The translations under genes were made by a program, and so were the position numbers. A DNA stretch of 64,000 bases from Neophaeotheca triangularis. Taxonomy: Eukaryota. Numbering within the stretch: position 1 is the stretch's first letter; each line of letters starts with the position of its first letter. Below are positions 10,968-21,527 of this stretch, piece after piece. Under the pieces are notes generated by a model. That model did no database searches and was not told the origin of the DNA. It saw only the letters and a program-made list of their open reading frames with translations. The stretch is from NCBI GenBank assembly GCA_054600435.1, contig BAAIJX010000028.1:186001-250000 (forward strand), in the 5' to 3' direction.

Positions 10968-11942
10968 ATGACGTCCAAAATCTGCATCAAGCGATCGAGA
11001 ACCAGCGGCTACGAAGAACCCATGGGCTACTTCCAGACATCCCCCCAGGCCACAGAACCCAGCAGCCCAAAAACCAAAAGACAAAAAACCACCACCACTA
11101 CCGCCTCCTCACCGGAAAGAAAACCCACCCCAACCTCCCTCGAAAATGACTCCGCCCACTCATCCCTACCCCAACCAACCCCCCTCCTAACAAGCGCTCT
11201 CCACGTCCTCCGCACCGAAGCCCTCGCCCTCGCAGCAATCACAAACCTCTACCAAACCTCGACCCCCGCACAAACCGCCCTCCAAAGCGCCGTGGAAACC
11301 CTCGAGACAGTCCACACCACCAACAACAAGCTCCTCCTAACCGGCGTCGGCAAATCCAGCTACATAGCGCAAAAACTAACAGCGACGTTCAAAAGCCTCG
11401 GAATCCGAACCGCCTACCTGCACGCGGGCGAAGCCCTCCACGGCGACCTCGGCGACATCATGCCGGGCGATGCCCTGTTGCTGCTGAGCCACAGCGGCAG
11501 CACGCCGGAGTTGCTGGCGCTGCTGCCGCACGTGCCCGCCGCGACCAGAGTGTTGGCGCTGACGCGCCATCTGGATGCTCAAGCGGGCTGGCGGTTTGCG
11601 AGCTTGCGCGAGGGGATTGTCTTCTTGCCTGCGCCCGTGCATGAGAGTGAGGAGTGCAGTTTTGGCGTCGCCGCGCCTACGACGAGTACGACGGTGGCTT
11701 TGGCCGTGGGGGATATGTTGGCGCTGACGGTTGCGGGGAGGGTTTGGGGGGAGGGGAGGGAGGGGTTGGGGAGGGTTTTTAGGAGGAATCATCCCGGTGG
11801 GGCTATTGGGGCGAGGGTTAGGGCGGAGGAAGTGGGGGAGCGGGTGAGGGAGGGGCTGGTTGGGGTGGAGGCGGGGGAGGAGGAAGTTGAGGCCGAGGGG
11901 ATGTTGCCGAGTCCGGGGGTTTCGGAGAGTGATGATGGGTAG
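10968..11942 (+). CDS. SIS-domain sugar-phosphate isomerase (KpsF/GutQ-like, no CBS domains)
   Basis: TGVGKSSYIAQKLTATFKS, EALHGDLG, SHSGSTPEL, APTTSTT..GDMLA, F.RNHPGGAIG; single exon, 324 aa. Confidence 0.85.
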   Translation: MTSKICIKRSRTSGYEEPMGYFQTSPQATEPSSPKTKRQKTTTTTASSPERKPTPTSLENDSAHSSLPQPTPLLTSALHVLRTEALALAAITNLYQTSTPAQTALQSAVETLETVHTTNNKLLLTGVGKSSYIAQKLTATFKSLGIRTAYLHAGEALHGDLGDIMPGDALLLLSHSGSTPELLALLPHVPAATRVLALTRHLDAQAGWRFASLREGIVFLPAPVHESEECSFGVAAPTTSTTVALAVGDMLALTVAGRVWGEGREGLGRVFRRNHPGGAIGARVRAEEVGERVREGLVGVEAGEEEVEAEGMLPSPGVSESDDG

Positions 11943-12221
11943 AAAGAGGGGGTTTTGAGAGGAACGAATGGATTGGATGCGAAGTTCTCCGCTCTTGTTT
12001 TTTAAGTTGTGCGAAGAGTGTCGGGCAAAATCTGTTTCCGGCGGTTATGGCGATTGGTCATTTGAGCTAGATTTTACAGCTAGATTGAATTCGCAACCCT
12101 CCCAACGAGCAAAGTCTGCAACTAGCTAGCACAGCGGTGAACCCAGTAGACCTACAAAGCAAACGACGAGCCATCTAGCGGTCTTGGAGGAAAAAGTGCA
12201 ACCACGTCAAGATACATCCAT

Positions 12222-14045
12222 TTACATTCCCAGCGCGATCCTCCTCCAGCTGTTCTCCACATCTTGACAGAGTGCCGCAAAGACCGGATCTTCCATCTTG
12301 CTCAGGATGTACGTCTCGAGAGCAGCCTGACGATCTTCCGGGTTTTGCGCAAGGTACTCGTCTCCACCCTGTTGCTCTGCGGCCTGGACAGCCGACGACA
12401 TGCCAGAGGTGGCGGCGTTGATGCCTACAGATGTGACAGCTGGCAAATGATGACTGCGTGCGGTTTGAGGAGGCGAAACAAATTCGCCAGGAGCATCCGC
12501 TAGACTGTTGAGGCGCGAGGGCCTGGATTGTTGTCGAGGTACCTGGCTGCCATTGAGGAGCTCATCAAGGCGGCTGTAGCGGCGAGATGGCCCTTCCGCG
12601 TTGTCTACTTGCGAAGTCGTGGGGTTAGCATGGGTCGACGTGAGTTGCTGCTGAGTCGATGCTCCTCCAGCCTGTACATTTGGAGTAAACGGGCGTTCTT
12701 CTTCCAAAGCTGCTGCTACACGCTTGAGTGGTGACGCTGTAGCTGGCCTTGCCGGGGATGGTGCTCTCGCGCTCTTTGCGATATAGGCCGTGTTGGGTCT
12801 TGTTGGTGACACAGAGCGCTGTTGAACTACCTTTGGCTCGGGAAGAGGTGGGAGACTTAGTGCAGAGGACCCAGGACGAGAGCTAGAGCTTTCCCCACTT
12901 TGCCGGCTGCCCGGTCGCTTGAATGGCAAGTCACGCTTCGGCGGGAAGGGGACGTCCATGTCGTCATTCGAGCTTGCTGTAAAGTAATGCGACTGACCCA
13001 ATCGGGCGACGTCAGACGAAGTCGCGCTGTGACCGTTGTGGTCGAGGGTCTCGGAAGACACATGCTCATTTGAATGAGCAGTGATTAGCTCTGGAGGAGG
13101 CATATTCGCGCGCGCCTGATGTGACGCATCGGAGTATTTTACGCTTTCACGAGCTGGCAGCATTGGTGGACGAGAGTTAGTGAAGCCAAGATTGGTTGAC
13201 GTCGGGGTTTGAAGTGTATCGTAAGTTTGGGCTTGGACTGCAGTCGAGCCTGAGCGGTACGTCTGCGCAGCGGAAGGACGAGCGGTCACAACTGTCCTTG
13301 GAGCTGCTACCTCATCACGACTGGAAAGGCGGGGCATTGCAATGTCGTGCGACTGGTACTCCTTGCTGCTCGAAGATTTGGGGCCGAGGCGGCTTGAAGA
13401 TTTTAGACCATCTGCAGCTCCAAGCATACTGGATGGCCGCACGGTGGAGGCTGTCGAGGGTCGGGCGCTCGTCGGACGAGCAGCTCCTGGGCGCATCTGG
13501 GTGAACTCCATGCCTCGATCCATTAGCACCGCGACGGCTTGACGGCATAGTGTTTCGCTTTCGAGCTTCATCTGAATACGTCGAGCCTGTAAGAGTTGCA
13601 TGTCAATGAAATTGTCATACAAAAATAGAAAGCATGACATACCTCTCCGTCGGGCAACTTGTATCGAAATGCAAGGCATACGCCTTGTGTCATTCCGAAG
13701 ATGGGGAGTTGATCCAGTGCAGGGCTGATACCTGAATGCTCGAAACGGGCTCGCTCATTGATAGTCTCATCGATGTAGCTTCCGAGGTCAACGCTCTCCT
13801 ATATAGAGTTAGCACTACTTGGTGGATTGCAAGAGAGGTTGAGCCAAGTCATGGCTCGCCTGAACGGTGTTGCAGCGAACAACAGTCAGCATGAGATGCT
13901 GATCACGCGATGTGCCTTGATTCTTCCCTTGGAGTAGCATGAACAGCTCAGGGACGGTCAAGTGTGACCAGGGGACAGAGCGATCAGGGTTTACGCCGAT
14001 GGCATGGGAATACTTGACGACGTGAATGCGAACATCGGTAGCCAT
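12222..14045 (-). CDS. REC114: Probable meiotic double-strand-break protein Rec114
   Basis: Exons 14045-13860, 13798-13643, 13586-12222 join in frame (568 aa). N-terminal PH-like block (VVKYSH..WSHL..LAFRY..ARRIQMKL), long Ser/Pro-rich linker, C-terminal LETYILSKMEDPVFAALCQDVENSWRRI matching the Rec114 C-terminal helical signature. Confidence 0.7.
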
Positions 14046-14520
14046 AATGGCCACTGTAGGGGCTTGACCAAGGCTTCTGCGGTCGGAATGCGTCGATGTG
14101 ACTTGTGGTAAGCACAGAAGAAGAAGGTAAAGGTGAGAGTGAAGGGGACGGGAATGAAGTCCGCCCTGGAGCCTAGCGAGTATGTAAGCAGGCCAAGACA
14201 AGCTCACGGGTAGCGGCGGGAGAGACGGGAGCGGCCGGCGCATACTAAGATTCCCTTGCTACTTGCGCCTGCCGCACAACGCGAGACAGCTTCGACTACT
14301 ACTACACACATATCTACCACATAAGTACCCTCTCTTCACTTCCATTCGTACATCTTCCAGACGACAACGCGCCGAGGCAAATTAGAGTGTCTCTCTCTAA
14401 TCTCTAACATTTGCGACGAACTCGGGGAATGCCGTGAACGCGGCGACAGAAAGCTTGCGCTAACCGGAAGCACGACTTCGCGTTTGTGCATCGCGAAAGC
14501 AAGCAAGCGGACGGGCAGCT

Positions 14521-17500
14521 ATGGCTCCCAAACGAGGACAGTCCATCGAGCCCAGCGAGGAACGCGAAAACTTCATCAAGGATGTCGCCGAGTTTCACCA
14601 AACCAGAGGGTGAGTGCTGGTCATTCTCGATGCCTTGCTCTGGCATCGACAGACTGACATTATTACTTGTGCTAGGACCAACTTCGATCCCGAGCCAAAG
14701 GTCGGCGTCCGCCATATCGATCTGCACAGACTCTACAAACGCGTGGTAGACGAGGGTGGCTATGACTTGGTGTCGGATACAAAAGCAAAACCTCTCATGT
14801 GGAGGCGCTTCGCAGAAGAGTTCGTAGGCAAGAACCAGTACACAACGGCACAGGCTTTTCAGATGAAGAACACCTACTACAAGAATCTCGTGTCGTATGA
14901 GATCAAGAATCATTGGGAAAAGGAGCCACCACCAAAGGAGATTGTTGAGGACGTAACGGCAAAAGGAGCAAACGTCATGTCGCGAACACTGGAGAACTTC
15001 GAGAGGCCGGCGCCTAAGGAGCAGCAGGATCTCCAGAGCGGTGACCAGAGTGATGCGAGCCCCGAGCAAAAGACACCAAAAGCCGAGCAGGCAGAAGATG
15101 GGGAAGGCCCGGGGAGCGCGACTGGTGGGCGTACGACGCGAGGTTTAAGACAGCAACCACCGCAGCGTGTGCTGTTCCAACCCGACTTGACAGCCAGCCG
15201 TCAGCCGAGAGGATCGAACAGTGTACCGCAACCTTCGCCCACCCCGAACTACGGAACGAATGGGATGATGAGCCATTCACTTACCAACGGTGCAAGCACG
15301 ACATTGGCCTCTTATGAGCCTTCGCAGTCGTACCCTCTGACTCTGAAGCCTGTCACGACTCCCGGCAATAACCCGGAATACTACCGCAATGAGCGGAAAA
15401 GGAAATTGGAAGCCAGCGCCGGCGAGCTCGCGAAAAAGTATAGGAACATCATGCTCCCCGGCACCGGGTTCATCGGACCAAACATTTATGTCCGCGCACA
15501 GTTGGCGTTGCAATCAGGACTGCCGGAAGAAGAGAGCTTCGCTCTGCACCATCTGGTCAAGATCAGTCATGAGCGAGGAGACAAGTATCGTTTCGATCAG
15601 TTCCCGGGTCTGGCTGAATCACTTGTCAAAAAGGCACTCCAGGTCAGCAGCTTGTTCTATGACGTGGATTGGAACATTGACTACGATGGGAACAACGATT
15701 ACCCAGATGACGAAACGCTCAATGGGCTGGGCGAAACCCCTCACCTACTCGAGAAGCTCGGGTCCCATCAGCCTGGCGCCTTTAGAGAACATGTCGAGGA
15801 CGCCGAAACTACATCAAAACGACACCGCATCATTGAGGCAGGTCTAATCTTACGCAATATGTGTATGTTGGAGCACAACGCTCAGTATCTCTCGGAGCAG
15901 AGGCTCGTTAGAGACTACCTTGCCATCACCCTGAGCTTGCCGAACACCGAAAGCACTATTGAGATGAAGCATCATGCTCTCGACACAGCTGAGCAAGTCG
16001 TCAAGTATGCCAACATAGGTCGCAATGATACGTTGTACCATATGCTACTGATCCAGCTAGATGAGCGCGGAGATCGAGGTACGCTTACCGCGGCGCTCAG
16101 AGCCATCAGCAGAATCGGAGACAAGCTTCCAACGCCGAAATTGATCGAAGGCATACCCCCGCGGGTGCTCCAAAATGTGGCCGATTGGCTGTTGCTGCCC
16201 GACGAAGAGCTCAGAAGCGCATGTCTTGATTTCCTGAGCTCATACACCTCTTTTGGAGTCAATGTAACCCACCTGCTGGAATCAGTCGATGCCGAAGGTC
16301 TTGCGCAACAACTCAGCAAGCTCTTACTGTTCGATGCGAAAGAGTACAAGTCCCAACAATCCACTGAGAAAAACAGGGAACCACAGGATACGGAACCCGC
16401 GCCAGTGCCTCGTCTTTCTCATGGCCTCGTACAGCAGTTGCTAGCTCTCGAAGAGCCGGCGAGATCTTCTGAATGGCTGAGGATGTGCTTTGTCTCGGAT
16501 CCTACAGCAGAAATGACCCAAATCAGCCTCTGGCAAGCTTACCAAGGCACCTTTGCACCATACCAGGCGACACATCCGCATCTCATAGCAGGAGAGTTCA
16601 TCAAAAACGTGAGCGCGACATTTACAGGCGCGACTGCACAAGTGGCTGGGGCGAACAAATATGTCATCAAGGGCATTCGATCAAGAAATGTGCCCGTCAA
16701 CGGCAGCCTCCTTCCAGGTACATTGGCAAGCGAAAAGGGCAAGGAGCTGCAAAAGTGCTCGTGGAACGTCACCGTCCCAGTAGACGGGCCCAGAGATGCA
16801 GTGACCGGCGATCCAACAGGTCCCATCACAAAAGACGTCGAGTGCAGCGAGTGGTTCCGTGATGGCGCTACGATGCTGTCGCACATCGTGTCACATCATC
16901 TCATCGTCCCGAAAGCCCGCTCCAGTGGCACACCCACACCACAACCAGGCGATGCTATGGATATTGACGCACCAACGAACGGGACTATACCAAAGCCAAA
17001 CAGTAACTCGGATTCCGCGTACGACTGGCTCGCTGCCGACAAAACAACCTACCAATGCCGCTGGGGCAGCTGTATCCGCACGTCGGCTGATTTCGAAGCC
17101 ACCGAGAACATTCCCCGCACGCTCCTCTTCGCCCGTCACATCCAAACCCACCTCCCGGACTCCTCTAGCTTCCGCAAAACAAACATCACACCTCACAACA
17201 AGCCTGCGTCGCCCGAAACGACCAGAACAACTTACGCCACTCTGACAGACGAAGTTGGCGAAGCCGCCGGCATCCCACTGGGCGCCGCGACAGTTTTACG
17301 AAACATTGCGCGTTTCTTTCCGCAGGAGCCGTCTTCGAACAACGGTTACGGGACGAAAGTACAGGTTGACCCCGAGGGCGGGGCCAACACCAAGCGTCTG
17401 GCGCAGATGTCCAGCGAGGACACGAGGGATGCGCGTCTGGCGCAGATTTTCAACGATGAGGTCCGAGGATGCTTGTTCTTCGCGTTGGCCAACAACACCG

Positions 17501-17562
17501 TCTTGAGGCGGGAGGTGGATAGTGTGCTTAGGGCTGTTGGAAAGGTTGAGAAGGGGGAATGA
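14521..17562 (+). CDS. RSC9: RSC chromatin-remodelling complex subunit Rsc9 (ARID + RFX-like winged helix)
   Basis: Exons 14521-14609, 14676-17562 (991 aa). ARID motif IDLHRLYKRVVDEGGYDLVS, LALQSGLPEE..FAL..L, ARM-like region, EMTQISLWQAYQ...FIKNV winged-helix block, C-terminal C/H zinc-finger-like residues. Confidence 0.88.
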
Positions 17563-17953
17563 TCTGCATGTCAGTTGATGAGTTGTGGTTCGGCGGCTTG
17601 GATCCGTCTAGCGTGGTGTTGATGGCGTTTGATATGGCCTGTGTGGCTGGGCTTATACCTTGGGGTTGTCGTCAAAGACATGCTGCTTGTGTGTAGTAGT
17701 ATTAGGAGGGCTCACGTCTTAGATTGGCTCACCTGGTCAATGCACTCAGTTGATGCCAAGGCTTGCACTGTTCCATCTCGTCTCAACTTCAAAAGTTGAG
17801 CTACATCATTAGGCGATCCTTGTTCGCGTTAATATTACGACCTACACATCGCTGGATTAGGGGTTTGGGGAGAATTCGCATGGCAGTTGCCGCCGTAACT
17901 CTCTATGCTGTATACATTTGATATTTGCGACGGGGACTTGATTTCGGTCCCAG

Positions 17954-19186
17954 ATGAAATGGTGGCGTCATGGCAGACTATCCTTCCTGCTCAATACCGT
18001 CCGCTCGTCTGAACGACGACTTTCACAAATACGAACCCACGACCGACACTACCGTTTGAGCCCTCTTGTTTCGATACCCAAGCCCATATCGTCCCAATCC
18101 AAAGCCACCAAAAATCCAACGCCATCGCCACCATCAACCCAACAGAGAGCGCCCAGTACTCATCCAAGTCCCCCCCTAAAACTCAAGCCAACGACTCCAC
18201 TCATTGCAATGGCGACCCCAGAACCGGCAGAACCACCAATTCACCCCATCCGCGCCTGGAAAGAGATCCAAACCCTACAACACCAACTCGGACTCCTCCC
18301 AGCCACAGCCCACAAAGCCCCTCCCCAAAACGACGTAGTCTTCCTCTCCCTCGACTGCGAAGCTTACGAACACGCTCAGCACAAAATCACCGAGCTCGGG
18401 ATATCGACCCTCGACACGCGCGACCTCGCAAACCTCTCTCACAGCGACAGCGAAAGCGCATGGACGGAGAAAATCCGCTCCGCCCACTTCCGTCCGGTCG
18501 AGCATGCTAAGCTCGTCAATAAGAAATTCCTAAGGGGGTGTCCGGAGAGGTTTAATTTCGGTATTACGCGGATGATTCGTCTGAGCGAGGCGGAGAGGGT
18601 TTTGCGAAGGGTCTTTCGCGCTCCCGGGCTGCTCTTGAGAGCGCATGAGCCCGTTGAGGGCGAGGTTGAGAGCGCTTTTGCGAGTGCTGAGAGGAGGGAG
18701 GTGGTGCTTGTGGGCCATGGGTTGGGCAACGATAGGAAGTATTTGCGGCAGTTGGGGTTTGATCTGGCCACTGCGGCGCCGGGGTTGAAGACTGCGGATA
18801 CGCAGGTTTTGGCCGGGAGTACGAAGAAGGTTACTGTGGGGTTGGCGCGGTTGTTGAAGGTTCTTGGGGTGGAGGCTAGGGATCTGCATAATGCGGGTAA
18901 TGACGCGGCGTATACTTTGTGGGCTTTGGTTTTGAAGGCTAGGATGGATTTTTTGAAGCCCGGGGCTGTGGAGAGGGAGTTGGGGGTTTGGGTTAAGGAG
19001 GTTGCGGAGAAGGAAGGTTTGGCACCGAGGGCGGTTTATAGGGATGCGGGGGAGAGGAAGGAGGCGAAGCGGCGGAGGAGGGCTGAGAGGTTGAGAGAGA
19101 GGGAGGGGAATTCAGGGGCTGTGGTCGAGGCCATGGCGACGGTGCCAGGAAAGGTCGATGATGCGGCGACGCGAGCGGAAGCTTAA
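17954..19186 (+). CDS. Gfd2/YDR514C/QIP-like DEDD(h) exonuclease-fold protein
   Basis: FLSLDCEAYE..ITELGIS, LVGHGLGND, DTQ, LHNAGNDAAYTL. Start either 17954 or 18209. Confidence 0.8.
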   Translation: MKWWRHGRLSFLLNTVRSSERRLSQIRTHDRHYRLSPLVSIPKPISSQSKATKNPTPSPPSTQQRAPSTHPSPPLKLKPTTPLIAMATPEPAEPPIHPIRAWKEIQTLQHQLGLLPATAHKAPPQNDVVFLSLDCEAYEHAQHKITELGISTLDTRDLANLSHSDSESAWTEKIRSAHFRPVEHAKLVNKKFLRGCPERFNFGITRMIRLSEAERVLRRVFRAPGLLLRAHEPVEGEVESAFASAERREVVLVGHGLGNDRKYLRQLGFDLATAAPGLKTADTQVLAGSTKKVTVGLARLLKVLGVEARDLHNAGNDAAYTLWALVLKARMDFLKPGAVERELGVWVKEVAEKEGLAPRAVYRDAGERKEAKRRRRAERLREREGNSGAVVEAMATVPGKVDDAATRAEA

Positions 19187-20583
19187 AAGGCTTTCTGAAG
19201 CAACGGCATATTTCTTCCACAGCCGGACCCGGAGAGGCCAGACCCCAATTATTCAACGTGCGGCGACCGTTGTTGGCCATTCGAGCATCGTGACGAGTTC
19301 AAAGAGAGCCCATCAAGTCACAAAGCACGCCGGGAGCGGCCTCATTTACTTGAGCGAATTCTGCGTGCAGATCGTATTGGTATCCCCATCGCGCTATTAT
19401 ACGAACCCAAGCAAGAACACTCTGGCAGACTTGTAGCACTCAATGCCAACAAGCCTGAAAGCCCACATCATAGCTATGGCTACTCCCGCTACAGCACGAG
19501 CCTGAGAAGACTTGCTCCATGACACGGCTAGCTAGACCTGTGCCGAGAGCAGAGCGTGCCTCTTCCAGACATCATAGATATCCGTTTCTCGAACAACGAA
19601 GGGCATATCAAAAGCCTAACGAAGCGCTGCCGCAAACACTTAAAAGGCTCGGCTCTCAGGACCATAACATCAGCCATTGGCCCTTGGAAATTCAAAGCTA
19701 GCAAACGACCGTTTTTCGACTTTGGTATGCTAGTGGTAGTCGATTTTGCTAGAGCCCGCCGGGACGTTCTAGTCTACCAAAACCCCGCCGGGGACAGCTG
19801 ATAATCTCACCACAAGGAGCAAACATACCTGGACTTTGTGTGCAGGCGGCGAAGGTTGGAGAAGTCTCGTCTGCTCCCGGCGGCCTCGAATTGTCCTCAC
19901 CTTTTCTCAAGAAGCGCTACTGGGCCTTGGACTTGAACAAGGGCGTCACGGGCGCCTTGATGGTTTCCTCTGGTGCGTTTTAAGACGCTACCCGAGACGA
20001 ATCAAGTGCATTCCGACAGTAGGGGATATTTTGCTCTCCGGTGATTTTAGAGGTTGCGATATCCCGGCGCCTCTCGTTGCAAGCGAGTGTTGGGCTTGCC
20101 CCCAGAATGCGAAAAACGGCCGTTTACTAGCGTCGTTTCTCTGCAGCCAATCAGACAATCGTGATAATCTCACGACTGCCACCCGTCTTCAGACTCACCA
20201 GGTATCGAACGGAGTATCGTTTTGATTGCCCAGAGCAGTAGTACCTTGGAGATTAATTGTATGCACGAGGTATCATATGCCATCCACGTACTTGGAAGCA
20301 TGCCGAAGCTGAGACCCGCAATATTTGTGCCCCGCACGTTGGTTAGCCCGGCATTTGACGAGGTTGTTCGAGCCGTTGGGCAGAATATATCAAGTTCCTA
20401 CATCAACTCGCTCTCCAGCCAAAAACGAGATCTGTGCAAGTCTGTCGTCGGTCGGGAAAGCTACTTATCAGACACTCGGTAATAGGCGTAATTGAAGCAT
20501 TGTAACAACCCGAACCTCGATCTAGACGGCAGCGTCAAACAACTTCCCATCACCCCTTCAAATCGTCAATCCATCCATCAAGA

Positions 20584-21468
20584 ATGGCCCCTCCAGTCGC
20601 CCTTATAACAGGCGCCTCATCCGGCATTGGGCTAGCACTAACCAAACACCTCCTTGCCCAAGACTGGTCGGTCATAATGCTCGACATCAACGACCCACCC
20701 GAACCGCTCCCCAACACCAAATTCATCAAAACCAACGTCGCCTCCTGGGACGCCCAAGCCCACGCTTTCGAAGAAGCCTACAACCGACACAAACGGCTAG
20801 ACTTCTGCGCTCTGAACGCAGGCATAGACGACCGCGATGACATCTTCTCTTGCATCTCGCGGGACTCGACGAAACCCCCGCGCAAACCCAACATGCTGAC
20901 TTTCGACGTCAATTTGGTCGGGGTGTACTACGGCGTCAAGCTGGCCGCGCACTACATGTCTCTCGACAGCACTGCGGCAGGGAAACCGCTGCCCGGTGGC
21001 AAGATAGTGGTCACGGCTTCCGCGGCCGGCATCAGTGCTCTCCCGACCGTGCCACAATACACGGCGACCAAATACGCGCTCGTGGGACTTGTGCGAGCCC
21101 TAGGCCCCCCAGCCGCAGCCGTGAACATCAGCGTCAACGCCCACTGCCCCGCGCTCGTGGCCACGGCTCTAGCGCCCCCGGGTTTGATGGAGAGTTTCGG
21201 CCAAGAGCAGATCACGCCCATGTCGACCATTATGCGGTGTTACGAGGAATTGGCGGATTTGGCGAATGTCGGGGATGCGGAGTGGGTTAAGGGGGGTTTG
21301 AAGGGGGAGACTGTGGAGGGGAGTTTGGGCGAGCTGATTTGGCATCGCGAGCCGGAGACGGATGAGGCCAGTTATACTGATCAGGAGGGCCAGAAGGCTT
21401 GGGCGAAGGCGTATGAAGAGCGGAATCGGAATTTCGCTTTGCAGGATTGGGAGGGGCGGGGGGTATAA
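20584..21468 (+). CDS. Classical short-chain dehydrogenase/reductase (15-PGDH-like)
   Basis: ITGASSGIG, NAGI, catalytic YTATK; 294 aa single exon. Confidence 0.92.
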   Translation: MAPPVALITGASSGIGLALTKHLLAQDWSVIMLDINDPPEPLPNTKFIKTNVASWDAQAHAFEEAYNRHKRLDFCALNAGIDDRDDIFSCISRDSTKPPRKPNMLTFDVNLVGVYYGVKLAAHYMSLDSTAAGKPLPGGKIVVTASAAGISALPTVPQYTATKYALVGLVRALGPPAAAVNISVNAHCPALVATALAPPGLMESFGQEQITPMSTIMRCYEELADLANVGDAEWVKGGLKGETVEGSLGELIWHREPETDEASYTDQEGQKAWAKAYEERNRNFALQDWEGRGV

Positions 21469-21527
21469 GTTAGGCTCGTCGGATGTCTTGGAGTTTAGTA
21501 ACTCGTGCCAAGTGGGCTTTGCGTTCT

